Shown here: positions 46,344-57,543 of the stretch, piece by piece | Layout of the letters: each line of letters opens with the position of its first letter | Position numbering within the stretch: the stretch's first letter is position 1 | Assembly (NCBI GenBank): GCA_966212285.1 | Contig: CBIHQW010000007.1 | Coordinates: forward strand, 19,961 to 83,960 | Reading direction: 5' to 3' | From: Massilia kyonggiensis | GTDB lineage: Bacteria; Pseudomonadota; Gammaproteobacteria; Burkholderiales; Burkholderiaceae_D | DNA: 64,000 nucleotides | The notes under the pieces: model-generated | Database searches by the model: none | What the model saw: only the letters and a program-made list of their open reading frames with translations | Told to the model about the DNA's origin: nothing | Program-made: the position numbers and the translations under genes

Positions 46344-47690
46344 ATGAGCACAATTATGAACATGACCCCGTCCGAAATCGTCTCGGAACTCGACAAGCAC
46401 GTCGTCGGCCAAGGCAAGGCCAAGCGCGCCGTGTCAATCGCGCTGCGCAACCGCTGGCGCCGCCAGCAGGTCGAGGAACCGCTGCGCCACGAGATCACCC
46501 CGAAGAACATCCTCATGATCGGCCCGACGGGCGTCGGCAAGACCGAGATCGCGCGCCGCCTGGCCAAGCTGGCCGACGCACCGTTCATCAAGGTCGAGGC
46601 GACCAAGTTCACCGAGGTCGGCTATGTCGGCCGCGACGTCGACACCATCATCCGCGACCTGATCGACATCGGCATCAAGCAGACCCGCGCCAGCGAAATG
46701 AAGAAGGTGCGCCAGCGCGCCGAGGACGCGGCCGAGGACCGCATCATCGACATCCTCGTGCCGCCTGCGCGCGACTTCGGCTTCAACGTCAGCAGCGACG
46801 CCAAGGATGGCGGCGACGCCACGCGCCAGACCTTCCGCAAGCGCCTGCGCGAAGGCGCGCTCGACGACAAGGAAGTCGAGATCGACGTGGCCGAGGCCTC
46901 GCCGCAGATGGAAATCATGGCGCCGCCGGGCATGGAAGAAATGACGGAACAGATCAAGTCGATGTTCGCCGGCGTCGGCGGTGGCCGCAAGAAGCCCCGC
47001 AAGATGAAGGTGAAGGAAGCGATGAAGCTGATCGTCGACGAGGAAGCCGCCAAGCTCATCAACGAAGACGAGATGAAGCAGAAGGCCATCGCCAACGTCG
47101 AGCAGAACGGCATCGTGTTCCTGGACGAGGTCGACAAGATCGCGTCGCGTTCGGAACACGGCGGCGCCGACGTCTCGCGCGCGGGCGTGCAGCGCGACCT
47201 GCTGCCGCTCGTCGAAGGCACGACGGTGAACACGAAGTACGGCATGATCAAGACGGACCACATCCTGTTCATCGCCTCGGGCGCGTTCCACTTGTCGAAG
47301 CCGTCGGACCTGATCCCCGAGCTGCAGGGCCGCTTCCCGATCCGCGTCGAACTGGAATCGCTGTCGATCGAGGATTTCAAGAGCATCCTGACCTCGACGG
47401 ACGCGAGCCTCACCAAGCAGTACGAAGCCCTGCTGGCGACGGAAGGCGTCAAACTCGAGTTCGCCGACGAGGGCATCCATCGCCTGGCCGAGATCGCGTA
47501 TTCCGTCAATGAGCGCACCGAGAACATCGGCGCGCGCCGGCTGTACACGGTAATGGAAAAGCTGCTGGAAGAGATCTCGTACTCGGCCACCGACAAGTCG
47601 GGCCAGGCGCTCGTCATCGACGCGGCCTACGTCAACGAACGGCTGGATGCGCTGGCGGTCAACGAAGACCTGTCGCGCTACGTGCTGTAA
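46344..47690 (+). CDS. hslU: ATP-dependent protease ATPase subunit HslU
   Basis: [44 protein letters not shown]. Confidence 0.98.
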   Translation: MSTIMNMTPSEIVSELDKHVVGQGKAKRAVSIALRNRWRRQQVEEPLRHEITPKNILMIGPTGVGKTEIARRLAKLADAPFIKVEATKFTEVGYVGRDVDTIIRDLIDIGIKQTRASEMKKVRQRAEDAAEDRIIDILVPPARDFGFNVSSDAKDGGDATRQTFRKRLREGALDDKEVEIDVAEASPQMEIMAPPGMEEMTEQIKSMFAGVGGGRKKPRKMKVKEAMKLIVDEEAAKLINEDEMKQKAIANVEQNGIVFLDEVDKIASRSEHGGADVSRAGVQRDLLPLVEGTTVNTKYGMIKTDHILFIASGAFHLSKPSDLIPELQGRFPIRVELESLSIEDFKSILTSTDASLTKQYEALLATEGVKLEFADEGIHRLAEIAYSVNERTENIGARRLYTVMEKLLEEISYSATDKSGQALVIDAAYVNERLDALAVNEDLSRYVL

Positions 47691-47711
47691 CGCATCGGAA
47701 AGGAGGCGGCG

Positions 47712-47909
47712 ATGGCAAACAAGGCACTGGCAACCCGGCAAAAGATGCGGCTGCGTGTCGAGCCGACGCCGCCGCTCAAACCCCGCAATCCGTTCGCCGG
47801 CTTTGCCAAGGCGCGCGCGGCCGGGGCGCATGCGAAACCCGAGGCCAGCGAACGGCTGGCCGCCAAGCGTGCGCTCAAGAAGGTCAAGCTGGAGCCGGAC
47901 GAGGAGTGA
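47712..47909 (+). CDS. Small basic hypothetical protein (65 aa)
   Basis: Strong SD AAAGGAGG at 47699-47706; fills the gap after hslU; KPRNPF...RAAGAH motif. Confidence 0.7.
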   Translation: MANKALATRQKMRLRVEPTPPLKPRNPFAGFAKARAAGAHAKPEASERLAAKRALKKVKLEPDEE

Positions 47910-47918
47910 CCGGCACCG

Positions 47919-48311
47919 TTATTTCGCCGGCGTGATCAGCGGCTTGCCCTTCTCGACGAAATAGGTCGCGATGCCCGCCCCGGCCACTGTGCCGGGGTTC
48001 CTGGCCGCATGAATGGTACCGGCCGGAATGAAGACGGATTGCCCCGCCCTGAGCACCACGGGCGCTTTGCCGTCGGGCATGTACTCCAGCGTGCCCTCGA
48101 CCACGTACAGCACTTCATCGCCCGGATGTGTATGCCTGGGCACGCCACGGCCGGGGTCGACCTCGACGCGCACCTCGACGACTTCGCGTCCCGGCACGAC
48201 GCTGTCGTGCTTCAGCAGGTCGGTGCGGCGCACGCCGGGCGCCTGCGCCGCCCCCTGCGCGAATGCTGCCGCGCCCAATAACGCCAGAACGATCACGCTT
48301 ATCGTTTTCAT
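47919..48311 (-). CDS. Exported cupin-domain protein
   Basis: SD AAAGGAGG; signal peptide MKTISVIVLALLGAAAFAQ; cupin motifs HTHPGDEVLYVVEG and PAGTIHAARN. Confidence 0.88.
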   Translation of the reverse strand: MKTISVIVLALLGAAAFAQGAAQAPGVRRTDLLKHDSVVPGREVVEVRVEVDPGRGVPRHTHPGDEVLYVVEGTLEYMPDGKAPVVLRAGQSVFIPAGTIHAARNPGTVAGAGIATYFVEKGKPLITPAK

Positions 48312-48515
48312 AGGCCCTCCTTTGGTATCGATTGGACACCGGCGCAGCGGCGAGGGCACGGACGTTCGCACCTGAACTGATGCGTATCATAACGCTGACC
48401 GGACCCAGCAGGCGGTCGTGGCTGGCTGGACTCGACATTTCTTGAACTGGCCTGCCTTCTTCTGTACATTCGTTAGCGCCGAGTTGACGAACGAAAACAG
48501 AAAAGCGACCCAATC

Positions 48516-49247
48516 ATGAGCTCCCCCGACATGCTGCTGGACGTGCTGCGCGCCGAACTGCGCGCCGCCGGGATCACCTACAAGATGCTGGCCGACCGCA
48601 TCGCGATGAGCGAATCGAGTATCAAGCGCATGTTCGGCCAGAAGGACATGACCTTGTCGCGCCTGGCCCAGATCTGCCAGGCGGCCGGCATCGCCATGGA
48701 AGACGTGCTGCGGCGCGCAGCCGATGCGCGGCCGCAGGCCGACACCTTGACGCTCATCCAGGAAACGGCGCTGGTCGCCAATCCGCGCCTGCTGCTCGTG
48801 GCGATCTGTTGCCTGGGGCACTGGAGCCTGGAACAGATGGTCGAAACCTATCGTTTGAGCGAACCCGAATGCATCGGCTTGCTGGTGGAACTCGACCGCC
48901 TCGGCGTGATCGAACTGAAGCCGCTGAACCGTTATACGCTGCGGGTCTCGAACGCGTTCCGCTGGCTGCCGGACGGGCCGGTACAACGCTTCTTCCGCGC
49001 CCACGTCGTCGAGGATTATTTTGCCGGGAAGTTCGACGGTGCCGGCGAAACCCTGATGTGCCTGCCCGCACGCCTGTCGCTGGCGAGCGCCGCCGAGCTG
49101 GCGGAAAAGATCCATCAACTGGCCGGAGAACTCGCGCGCATGCACCGCAACGACCGCCGCCTGCCCCCGCAGGAGCGCGACGGTTTTACGTTGCTGGTCG
49201 GTTTCCGTTCGTGGGAATTTTCCGCATTCACGGCGTTGCGCCGCTGA
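48516..49247 (+). CDS. XRE/HTH transcriptional regulator with extended C-terminal domain
   Basis: GITYKMLADRIAMSESSIKRMF HTH; second winged-helix-like segment LLVELDRLGVIELKP. Confidence 0.85.
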   Translation: MSSPDMLLDVLRAELRAAGITYKMLADRIAMSESSIKRMFGQKDMTLSRLAQICQAAGIAMEDVLRRAADARPQADTLTLIQETALVANPRLLLVAICCLGHWSLEQMVETYRLSEPECIGLLVELDRLGVIELKPLNRYTLRVSNAFRWLPDGPVQRFFRAHVVEDYFAGKFDGAGETLMCLPARLSLASAAELAEKIHQLAGELARMHRNDRRLPPQERDGFTLLVGFRSWEFSAFTALRR

Positions 49248-49250
49248 TGT

Positions 49251-49967
49251 TTACTGCGTATTCATCTGGCCGGCCGGATTTTGCGGCGGCACCTGCTGAC
49301 CGTTCTGCGCCGGCGTGATCGAATTCGCATTCGGCGGCGGCGGATTGTCGTGCGTGCCGACGTCGCCCGGGTTCGTCATCGACGGCTGCGGCTGCGGCTG
49401 GACGGCGCCCGGCGCCATCGGCGGCTCCGGCACGGCCTGCACCGGCTGCGCGGCCGGTGCGGTCGTGATCTGCTGCGGCTGCGGGAAAGTCTGCTGCGGC
49501 ATCTGTTGCGGCATCTGTTGCGGCATGGCGCCGGGCGCACCGCCACCGGGACCGCCCATCGCCGCCGCGGGCTTGGTGTCGGTCGCCAGGTCGACGCGCT
49601 TCATGACGCCGCCATCGGACAGCATCACATAGCGCGGATGGACTTCCGCCAGCGTGATGCCGGGCGCCAGTTCCTTGCCGACCCGCAGCGCCTTCGGCGG
49701 CGAACCTTCGGCGACGATGATCGCCACGCTGCTGTTGCCGTCCGCGACGACGCCCGTCAGCTGGTAATTGGTCGCGCTTGCCACCGAGACCTGGCCGCCA
49801 AACAAGGTAGCGGCAGCATCGATGGTCGGGTCGGGCATGGCGGACTGGGGCACCGCCGCGATCGGGCGCTGGGGCGGCTGGTACAGCTGCATGATCCAGT
49901 ACGCGAGCGACACGGCAAACAGGATCACGCCCAGCAGGCTCAGGAGAAAAGGCACGCGCTTGTTCAT
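49251..49967 (-). CDS. gspC: Type II secretion protein C-like (HR domain, Pro/Gln-rich tail)
   Basis: N-terminal TM, YQLTGVVA...AIIVAEG...GKELAPGITLAEV; directly downstream of gspF. Confidence 0.75.
   Translation of the reverse strand: MNKRVPFLLSLLGVILFAVSLAYWIMQLYQPPQRPIAAVPQSAMPDPTIDAAATLFGGQVSVASATNYQLTGVVADGNSSVAIIVAEGSPPKALRVGKELAPGITLAEVHPRYVMLSDGGVMKRVDLATDTKPAAAMGGPGGGAPGAMPQQMPQQMPQQTFPQPQQITTAPAAQPVQAVPEPPMAPGAVQPQPQPSMTNPGDVGTHDNPPPPNANSITPAQNGQQVPPQNPAGQMNTQ
49492..49526. repeat. 12-bp tandem repeat encoding (MPQQ)x3 in gspC
   Basis: TGCTGCGGCATCTGTTGCGGCATCTGTTGCGGCAT. Confidence 0.8.
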
Positions 49968-49978
49968 CAGTTTCCTTG

Positions 49979-51199
49979 TCACTGCACCAACTGGTTGATT
50001 TCAATGATCGGCATCAGCACGGCCAGCACGATCAACAGCACGACGAGACCCATGGCCAGGATCAGCACCGGCTCCAGCAGGCCGGCGATGGTCAGGGTGC
50101 GCCGTTCGAGGTCGGCCTGCTGCGAATTCGAGGCCCGTTCGAGCATGGCCGGCAGCTCGCCCGTGATCTCGCCCGCGCGGATCATGTGCACGAGCATGGG
50201 CGGGAACAGCTTCTGGGCCGACAGCGCGCGCGCCAGGCTCACGCCCTCGCGCACGCTGGCCGTCGCCTGTTCCACGAGTTCTTTCATCGCCACGTTCGAC
50301 AGCGTGTCGCGGCTCGTCTCGAGCGCGCGCAGGATGGGCACGCCGGAGCCGGTCGTGATCGCCAGCGTGCTGGCGAAACGGGTCGTGTTCAGGCTGCGCT
50401 CGAACTTGCCGTACACGGGCGCGTTCAGCAGCCACGTATGCCAGCGGCGCTTGAGTACCGGATTCTGCAGCGCGCGGCGCCACATGAACCAGGCGGCGAT
50501 GACGATCAATGCCACATAGATCCCGTAGGCGCGCGTAAAGTCCGACACGCCGAGCATGACGACGGTCAGGAACGGCAGTTTCTGCTTGGTGTTGGCGAAC
50601 ACCGAGACGATCTGCGGCACGACATAGGTCAGCAGGAAGATCACGATCGCGAACGCGACGACGGTGACGATGGCCGGATACGTGAACGCGAGGCGCACGC
50701 GCTGCACGAGGGCATTGCGGCGTTCGATGTAGTCCGCCAGGCGCGACAGCACGCGCGACAGCTGGCCGATCTGTTCGCCGGACGCGACGAGCGCGCGGTA
50801 GATCTCGGCGAAGTCGCGCGGATGGCGCGCCAGCGCGCTCGAGAACGAGGCGCCGCCCATCACTTCCGAACGGATCGACGCGATCAGGTCGCGCACGTAG
50901 GCGCGCTCGGCCTGTTCCAGCAGCGCGGTGAAGGCTTGCTCGAGCGGCAGGCCCGCTTCCAGCAGGCTCGCGAGCTGCCGCGTGAACAGCGCGAGCTCGA
51001 CCTGGGACAGGCGTTCGCCGAAGCCGCGCGCACGCGCCGCCCCGCTCTCGTCGACCTGGGCCGCGATGGCCTCGACGGCGAGCGGCGTCAATCCCTGCAG
51101 GCGCAGGTCGGCGCGCGCGGCACGCGGGCTGTCGGCGTTCAGGACGCCCTTGCGGGTGACGCCGCCCGTGTCGACGGCTTCATAGCGGAAGGCGGGCAT
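49979..51199 (-). CDS. gspF: Type II secretion inner-membrane protein F
   Basis: FTRQLASLLEAGLPL, VASGEQIG, YPAIVTVV, LEPVLIL. Confidence 0.96.
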   Translation of the reverse strand: MPAFRYEAVDTGGVTRKGVLNADSPRAARADLRLQGLTPLAVEAIAAQVDESGAARARGFGERLSQVELALFTRQLASLLEAGLPLEQAFTALLEQAERAYVRDLIASIRSEVMGGASFSSALARHPRDFAEIYRALVASGEQIGQLSRVLSRLADYIERRNALVQRVRLAFTYPAIVTVVAFAIVIFLLTYVVPQIVSVFANTKQKLPFLTVVMLGVSDFTRAYGIYVALIVIAAWFMWRRALQNPVLKRRWHTWLLNAPVYGKFERSLNTTRFASTLAITTGSGVPILRALETSRDTLSNVAMKELVEQATASVREGVSLARALSAQKLFPPMLVHMIRAGEITGELPAMLERASNSQQADLERRTLTIAGLLEPVLILAMGLVVLLIVLAVLMPIIEINQLVQ

Positions 51200-51202
51200 C
51201 GA

Positions 51203-52627
51203 TCAATCCACCTTCGTCACGCGCAGCAGTTCGGCTTCCGTCGTGATGCCTTCCTGCACCCACCGTTGGCCGTCGTCGTGCATGGTCTTCATGCCGGATT
51301 TCAGGGCCGCGTTGCGGATCTCGGCCTCGGCGGCCTGGTTGTGGATCTGCGAACGGATCTGTTCGTTCGTCTCGAGCAGCTCGTACACGCCCACGCGGCC
51401 GTGGAAGCCCGTGTGGCCGCAACGGTCGCAGCCGACCGCCACCCACTGCCCCGCTTCCTGGCGCTTGCAGTGCGGGCACAGCTTGCGCACGAGGCGCTGC
51501 GCCATCACGCCCAGCAGCGACGACGACAGCAGGAACGGCTCGATGCCCATGTCCAGCAGGCGGGTGACGGCCGAGGCGGCATCGTTCGTGTGCAGGGTCG
51601 CCAGCACGAGGTGGCCCGTCAGCGATGCCTGCACGGCGATCTGGGCCGTTTCGAGGTCGCGGATCTCGCCGATCATGATCACGTCCGGGTCCTGGCGCAG
51701 GATCGCGCGCAGGGCCTTGCCGAACGTCATGTCGATGCGGGCGTTGACCTGGGTCTGGCCGATGCCGGGCAAGTCGTATTCGATCGGGTCTTCCACCGTC
51801 ATGATGTTGGTGGTCGTCGAATTCAGGCGCGACAGCGACGCGTACAGCGTCGTCGTCTTGCCCGAACCGGTCGGGCCCGTGACGAGCACGATGCCGTGCG
51901 GCTGGTTGATCAGCTTGTCGAACTGCGGCAGCATCTGCCCGCTCATGCCGAGGTGGCTGAGATCGAGCCGGCCCGCTTCCTTGTCGAGCAGACGCAGCAC
52001 GGCACGTTCGCCGTGGCCGGTCGGCAGGGTCGAGACGCGCACGTCGACCGGCTTGCCGCCGATGCGCAGCGTGATGCGGCCGTCCTGCGGCAGGCGTTTT
52101 TCCGCGATGTCGAGCTGCGACATGATCTTGATACGCGAGATCAGCGAGGCGTGGATGCCCTTGCGCGGACGTACGATGTCGCGCAGCGCGCCGTCGATGC
52201 GGAAGCGCACGACGGACGTCTGCTCGAACGGTTCGATGTGGATGTCGGACGCGCCTTCGCGCAGCGATTGCGTGAGCAGCGCGTTGATCATGCGGATGAC
52301 GGGCGCGTCGTCGGACGATTCCAGCAGGTCCTCGATCGCCGGCACGTCCTGCAGCAGCTTCGTAAGGTCGAGGTCGGCGTCGAACTCGTCCGCGACCTGC
52401 GACGCGTCGCCGCCGGCCGACTGGTACGCGGCGGCAATGGCCGATTCCAGTTCGGCGCGTTCCATCCGCCGCAGGGTGATGCGCCCGAAACGGCGCGAGA
52501 CCTCGGCGATCGCCGCCGGCTTGGTCGCATTCGAGACCAGCACTTCGACGGCTTGCGACGGGTCGCCGTTGGAACGCGCCAGCACGCCGTAATCGCGTGC
52601 AAATGCGTAGGGCAACAAGTTATTCAT
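51203..52627 (-). CDS. gspE: Type II secretion ATPase E
   Basis: [40 protein letters not shown]...CDRC. Confidence 0.97.
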   Translation of the reverse strand: MNNLLPYAFARDYGVLARSNGDPSQAVEVLVSNATKPAAIAEVSRRFGRITLRRMERAELESAIAAAYQSAGGDASQVADEFDADLDLTKLLQDVPAIEDLLESSDDAPVIRMINALLTQSLREGASDIHIEPFEQTSVVRFRIDGALRDIVRPRKGIHASLISRIKIMSQLDIAEKRLPQDGRITLRIGGKPVDVRVSTLPTGHGERAVLRLLDKEAGRLDLSHLGMSGQMLPQFDKLINQPHGIVLVTGPTGSGKTTTLYASLSRLNSTTTNIMTVEDPIEYDLPGIGQTQVNARIDMTFGKALRAILRQDPDVIMIGEIRDLETAQIAVQASLTGHLVLATLHTNDAASAVTRLLDMGIEPFLLSSSLLGVMAQRLVRKLCPHCKRQEAGQWVAVGCDRCGHTGFHGRVGVYELLETNEQIRSQIHNQAAEAEIRNAALKSGMKTMHDDGQRWVQEGITTEAELLRVTKVD

Positions 52628-52632
52628 CGTCT

Positions 52633-54975
52633 TCAGTTCTGTTGGGTCGGTGTCGCCGGCCGGTATTCAGGTTGCGCAGGTTGCACCGGACGGAATTCCG
52701 GCGTGCCCGGCGCCTTGGGTTGCACGGTGCCCGGCCCGGTGGCGGCGCCCGGACGCGCGGCGGCGGGTGCCGGCGGCGGCATCGTCGCCATCGCGCTGCC
52801 CACGGGCGGCTGGCCATTGACCAGGCTCGGCAGCACCGGTGCGCCGAGGTTCTTCAGCAGCACGGTGTCGTCGACCGGTTGTGCCGTCGTGCCGGCGGCG
52901 CGCATGAATTCGTAGCGGTCCATCGACAGGCTGTCGTTCTGTTCCTTGCTGCGCACCACGACCGGGCGCAGGAACACCATCAAATTACGCTTGGCACGCG
53001 TCCGGGTGCGGTACTTGAACAGGTTGCCGATGATCGGAATATCGCCCAGTCCACGCGTCTTTTCGTTGTTCTCGGATTCGTCGTCCGAGATCAGCCCGCC
53101 CAGCACGACGATCTGGCCATTGTCGGCCAACACGTTGCTCTCGATCGCGCGGACAGTGGTCACGATCCCCGACGCCGAGCTGACGGAATTGTCGATCCCC
53201 GAATTCTCGTGGTAGATCGCCAGCTTGATCGTACCGCCTTCGGAAATCTGCGGGCGCACTTTCAGCAGCAGGCCCACGTCCTTGCGGTCGACCGTCTGGA
53301 ACGGATTGCTTGCCCCGCTCGCGCCCGTCGTGAAGGAACCGGTGATGATCGGTATGTTCTGACCGACCTTGATCGTCGCCAGTTCGTTGTCCAGCGTGAT
53401 CATGTTCGGTGTGGACAAGATGTTGGCGTGTCCCGTACTTTCAAGGGCATGCGCGATCGCGCCCAGGCCCAGTTCGCCATTCACCTGCTTGAAGAGGCCG
53501 ATCGACAGGCCGGTCGGCGTCGGGATCGAGCTGCCGGTGGTGGTGCCGGAAGCGCCGCTGATGCCCGTCGCCGCGGCCAGCGCCAGGTTGACGATGTTGT
53601 TGTTGCTGCCGCCGAGGCTGAACGACTGCAGGCCGCCCACGCGGTAGCTGCTGTTGTTGTTGCCGGTCAGGCCCACCCATTGCACGCCGAACTCGGACGC
53701 GTCGGTCGACGTGACCTCCACCACCAGCGCCTCGATGTAGACCTGGGCGCGGCGCACGTCGAGCTGGTCGATGACGGCGCGCAAGTTGCGGTACACGGCG
53801 TCCGGCGCCGTGATGATGAGGCTGTTGGTCGACGCGTCGGCCTGGATGAAGCCCGAGCCCTGCCCGCCGCCGGCACCGCCGGCCGTGGCCTGGCCCTGCT
53901 GCGAGAACGAGCCGCCCGTGCCGCCCATGCCGACGCTGCTCTGCTGGCCCTGCTGGCCGCCGAGTCCACCGGCGCCGCCGGCGCCACCGGTGGCGGTGGA
54001 CTGGATCGAGCCGCCCGCCGTGCCCTGCTGCTGCACCGGCACGGCCGACGCATCCTGCGACACGACGGCGCGCAGCGTCTGCGCGACCTTGCTGGCGTCG
54101 GCATTCTTCAGGTAGACCACGTGGATGTTGCCGAGTTCCGTCGTCGGCTGGTCGAGCTTGGCGATCAGGTTCTTGGCCATGCTCGCGCGGGCCGGCGACG
54201 GGGCGCGCACGATGACGGCATTGGTGCGCGGATCGGCCAGCACGGTGACGCGGCCCGCATCGCCGCCGGCGGCCGGTTCCATCAGGCGCGTGACGAGCGT
54301 GGCGACGTCGCTGGCGATGCCGTTGCGGATCGGGACCACGTCGAGGTCGCCGGTGGCCGGCGAATCGAGCGCGGCGATGATCTTCGACAGGCGGCGCAGG
54401 TTGTCGGCATAGTCCGTGATCACGAGGCTGTTGTTGCCCGGATCGGCCATGATCGAGTTGTTGGGCGAGATCAGCGGACGCAGCACGGCCGTCAGGTTGG
54501 CGGCGGATTCGTGCTGCAGGCGGTAGACCTGCGTGGCGATCTGGTCGCCGCGCACCTTCGAGCCGCCGATGCCGACCTGCGTGGGCGACGATTGCAGCTT
54601 CGCTTCCGCTTCCGGCACCACTTTCGCGTAACCGTCGCCCGTGACGACCGCATAGCCCTGCAGGCGCAGTGCCGAGGTCAGCAGCGAGAAGGCCTGGGCG
54701 CGGGTCAATGTCTTTTCCGAGACCAGCGTCAGCGTGCCTTTCACGCGCGGGTCGATGATGAACGTCGTCCCCGTGTAGTGGCCGACCGCCTTGATCACGG
54801 ACTCCATGTCGGCGTTGACGAAGTTGAGCGCGGCGCCACCACCACCCGCTTCCTGGGCGTAGGCGAACGGCGGCAGGACGCTGGTTCCGACGGTGCAGCA
54901 CAGCATGGCGCCGGCCACGATGCGGCGCAGTGCCGGGAGTTGCTGGATGCTGCGGGTTGGATTTTTTTTCATCAT
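52633..54975 (-). CDS. gspD: Type II secretion secretin D
   Basis: [53 protein letters not shown]. Confidence 0.97.
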   Translation of the reverse strand: MMKKNPTRSIQQLPALRRIVAGAMLCCTVGTSVLPPFAYAQEAGGGGAALNFVNADMESVIKAVGHYTGTTFIIDPRVKGTLTLVSEKTLTRAQAFSLLTSALRLQGYAVVTGDGYAKVVPEAEAKLQSSPTQVGIGGSKVRGDQIATQVYRLQHESAANLTAVLRPLISPNNSIMADPGNNSLVITDYADNLRRLSKIIAALDSPATGDLDVVPIRNGIASDVATLVTRLMEPAAGGDAGRVTVLADPRTNAVIVRAPSPARASMAKNLIAKLDQPTTELGNIHVVYLKNADASKVAQTLRAVVSQDASAVPVQQQGTAGGSIQSTATGGAGGAGGLGGQQGQQSSVGMGGTGGSFSQQGQATAGGAGGGQGSGFIQADASTNSLIITAPDAVYRNLRAVIDQLDVRRAQVYIEALVVEVTSTDASEFGVQWVGLTGNNNSSYRVGGLQSFSLGGSNNNIVNLALAAATGISGASGTTTGSSIPTPTGLSIGLFKQVNGELGLGAIAHALESTGHANILSTPNMITLDNELATIKVGQNIPIITGSFTTGASGASNPFQTVDRKDVGLLLKVRPQISEGGTIKLAIYHENSGIDNSVSSASGIVTTVRAIESNVLADNGQIVVLGGLISDDESENNEKTRGLGDIPIIGNLFKYRTRTRAKRNLMVFLRPVVVRSKEQNDSLSMDRYEFMRAAGTTAQPVDDTVLLKNLGAPVLPSLVNGQPPVGSAMATMPPPAPAAARPGAATGPGTVQPKAPGTPEFRPVQPAQPEYRPATPTQQN

Positions 54976-55745
54976 CTGAACTCTAACGCGATTATGTTCT
55001 TGCCGTTCACCATACGCCGTTGACCCAGCAGGTTGAGCAGGTTGCCCAGCGTGTCTTCGTACTTGTCGGCCGCCGCTGCCTGTCCCGAGAAATGCAAGCG
55101 GCCGTTTTCCAATGCTCCGTTACCAGACAGCAAGAGCGCACCGCTCACCGTACGCAGCACCACGTCGGCCCGCTGGCCGTGCCAGTCCATGGCCATCTCG
55201 TAGCTGCCGAGCGGTTTGATCGGGCTCATGCGCGATCCCATGTCGGTCAGCGACAGCACCGTGCGTCCGCTGACCGCCACCGTATTGCCCTGGCGCGCGA
55301 TGTCCAGCAGGTTCCAGGACAGCTTGATCGTGCCCGTGAGCGCGAGCGTGTTCAACGGCGCGCCCAGTCCGGCCAGGCCTTCGGCCGGCAACAGCAGCTG
55401 GCCGGCGCTGACCTGCCATTGCGACCAGCTGCCGCTGATGTGCACGGGCTGCGCCAGCGCCCGGTCGTTGGCCAGGTCCATGCTGACATCCCCGAACAGC
55501 ACCAGCGGCGACAGCCGCCAGCTGAAACGTCCGGGCAGCAGCGGCGTGACGGATCCGCCCGCGCCCGGTGCGCCGCCCACAAAGGCTGAGCCGCGCCAAA
55601 GCGTACCCTGCGCATCCCCCAGAGTCAAACGGCCCTCCGTCTGGCGTTCGACCATCGGACCGAGCCATGCGGCCGGCAGGAACGCCAGCACCGTCAGGAT
55701 CACCGCGAGCGTCGGCAGCGCGATCCAGGCGAACGTGCGCTTCAT
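54972..55745 (-). CDS. gspN: Type II secretion protein N
   Basis: FLPAAWL, GTLWRGSA, PLGSY; lies between gspM and gspD. Confidence 0.85.
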   Translation of the reverse strand: MKRTFAWIALPTLAVILTVLAFLPAAWLGPMVERQTEGRLTLGDAQGTLWRGSAFVGGAPGAGGSVTPLLPGRFSWRLSPLVLFGDVSMDLANDRALAQPVHISGSWSQWQVSAGQLLLPAEGLAGLGAPLNTLALTGTIKLSWNLLDIARQGNTVAVSGRTVLSLTDMGSRMSPIKPLGSYEMAMDWHGQRADVVLRTVSGALLLSGNGALENGRLHFSGQAAAADKYEDTLGNLLNLLGQRRMVNGKNIIALEFR

Positions 55746-56260
55746 TGGCCGCTGCCGGTGTTCTGGCGCAGCGTCAGGCTGGCGTCGACCTGGCCGGCGG
55801 CGGGCAGGGACGTGACGACGGCGTCCTGCACGAGCAAGCGGTTGGCGCGGCGCTGCTCGTCCAGCCACGTGGCCAGGTTGGCGAACGCCACGTTATTCAA
55901 CTGCAGCTTGATGTACTCGCCGTTCACCGACAGCGATTCCGGATTCAGGCCGCGCCCCGACAGGCTGCTGCTGACGGTGTCGCGCGTGAGCGGCACGACG
56001 TGCGTTTCCGGCGCCTGCGCCAGCGCGCTCGCTTCCTGGGCCATGGCCTGCAGCTCGGCGGCCTGCTGGCGCAGCTGCGGCAACTGGCGGCGCAGCTGGG
56101 CGCGCCCTTCGATGGCCGGGTCGACGAGCAGCAGGTACAGCAGCGCGGCCAGCACGACGGCGCCGCCGACCGCCAGGAAGCGGCGTTCCTGCTCGGTGCG
56201 CGCGAGCCAGAGCGCCGTGGCGCGCTCGCGGTACTGGGCGAAGGTGGTGGCGATGCTCAT
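55742..56260 (-). CDS. gspM: Type II secretion protein M
   Basis: WLARTEQERRFL + TM + coiled coil; VAFANLATWL. Confidence 0.88.
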   Translation of the reverse strand: MSIATTFAQYRERATALWLARTEQERRFLAVGGAVVLAALLYLLLVDPAIEGRAQLRRQLPQLRQQAAELQAMAQEASALAQAPETHVVPLTRDTVSSSLSGRGLNPESLSVNGEYIKLQLNNVAFANLATWLDEQRRANRLLVQDAVVTSLPAAGQVDASLTLRQNTGSGQ

Positions 56261-57468
56261 GGTTTGGCTCCCGTGCTGCGGATGACCCAGTTGCCCGGCG
56301 ACGCTTCTTCCAGCGTGAGCCGGCGCGTGGCCAGGGCCGTGCGCAACTGCCCGGTCAAACCGGGGTCGACCGTTTCAGGTTTGACTTTGACGGTCAACGC
56401 GCGTTCGCGGTATTCGATTGATGCAATTCCAACCGGACGGCCGAGCGAGCGCGTCGCTTCACCCAGCGCCGAGGCGAGGTAAGTAAATTCGTCCGGCGCC
56501 ACGTCGCCCGTGCTGGCGCGCGCGCGCGCGATGTGCTGGCGCATCTGCAACACGGGATCGAGGATCGTCGTCTCGCGCGGATACACGTTGCGGTAGGTCT
56601 GGACCATCGACTGGCGCACCGTGTTGGCTTCGCGGCGCAGGCGCAGCCAGTCGACGTTCAGCCCGATCAGGTTGACGGCGATGGCCAGCGCACCGAGCGC
56701 GATCGGCCAGCGCCAGCGGCGCCAGTCGCGCGAGGGCGCGCCCGCCGCGCCGAGGCCGCTCACGAGGTCCAGCGCAGTCGTCTTGGAACCGGCGATCCAG
56801 TGCGTCCAGTTGTCGGCCTCGATCAGGATGCCGGGGCCGGCTTCCTGCGCCAGCGCCTGGTATTCGCCCAGTTGCGCGGGCGGCACGTACAGCACGAGCG
56901 GGGCATCGCCGCTGAACGCGCGCGCCGTCTGCAGCACGACGGCCGGCGTGGCGTCGAGCGCGAGGCCGAAACCCTGGAACAGGCTCTGGCGCAAGGTCAG
57001 CTCAACACCGGAAATCGCGGCCGCGACACTGCCCGGCTGCAAAGGCAGGCACAGTTGCGCGGGCTCGGCCATGATGGTGCGCGCGCCCTGCGCCAGCAGG
57101 CTTTTCACGATGCCTTCCAGCCAGTCGCGCTCGACGACGGCGATGGGCCGCGTGCCGTCGGGCTGCTCGGGCGCGGCCACGAGGACGGCGTCCATCGGGT
57201 CGCCGAGGATGTGTTCTTCGACGAGGGCCGGCAGCGCCGCCTTCAGGCGCGCGCCGGACAGCGGCGGCGCCTGCACCTGCAGCAGGGTCACGTCGGCCGC
57301 GGCGAGCAGCAGCACGATGCGGCGGCTCGTGCCGACCAGGTCGCCCAGGTTGCGCAGCGGGCCTTCGCCATGCTGGTCGATCGCGCCGCCATCGGTGACG
57401 AGGGCGAAGCGGCACAACGCATGTTCACCTTCGGCACGCGCAGGATGCCGGATATAAAGTGTGCTCAA
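56257..57468 (-). CDS. gspL: Type II secretion protein L
   Basis: ALPALVEEHIL (actin-like cytoplasmic domain), single TM after WRRWRWP; TTG start. Confidence 0.88.
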   Translation of the reverse strand: MSTLYIRHPARAEGEHALCRFALVTDGGAIDQHGEGPLRNLGDLVGTSRRIVLLLAAADVTLLQVQAPPLSGARLKAALPALVEEHILGDPMDAVLVAAPEQPDGTRPIAVVERDWLEGIVKSLLAQGARTIMAEPAQLCLPLQPGSVAAAISGVELTLRQSLFQGFGLALDATPAVVLQTARAFSGDAPLVLYVPPAQLGEYQALAQEAGPGILIEADNWTHWIAGSKTTALDLVSGLGAAGAPSRDWRRWRWPIALGALAIAVNLIGLNVDWLRLRREANTVRQSMVQTYRNVYPRETTILDPVLQMRQHIARARASTGDVAPDEFTYLASALGEATRSLGRPVGIASIEYRERALTVKVKPETVDPGLTGQLRTALATRRLTLEEASPGNWVIRSTGAKP

Positions 57469-57543
57469 ACTGTCTCGCTTTCTCGATCTCTTGTTGGTCT
57501 TTTTAACATGCCCTGCGCTATTCCTCGAGACTTCTTTCCATGT

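Noticed and set aside
48312-48515. Two GTATC-containing sites as an operator for the XRE regulator
   Set aside because: They do not form a convincing palindrome or consistently spaced repeat.
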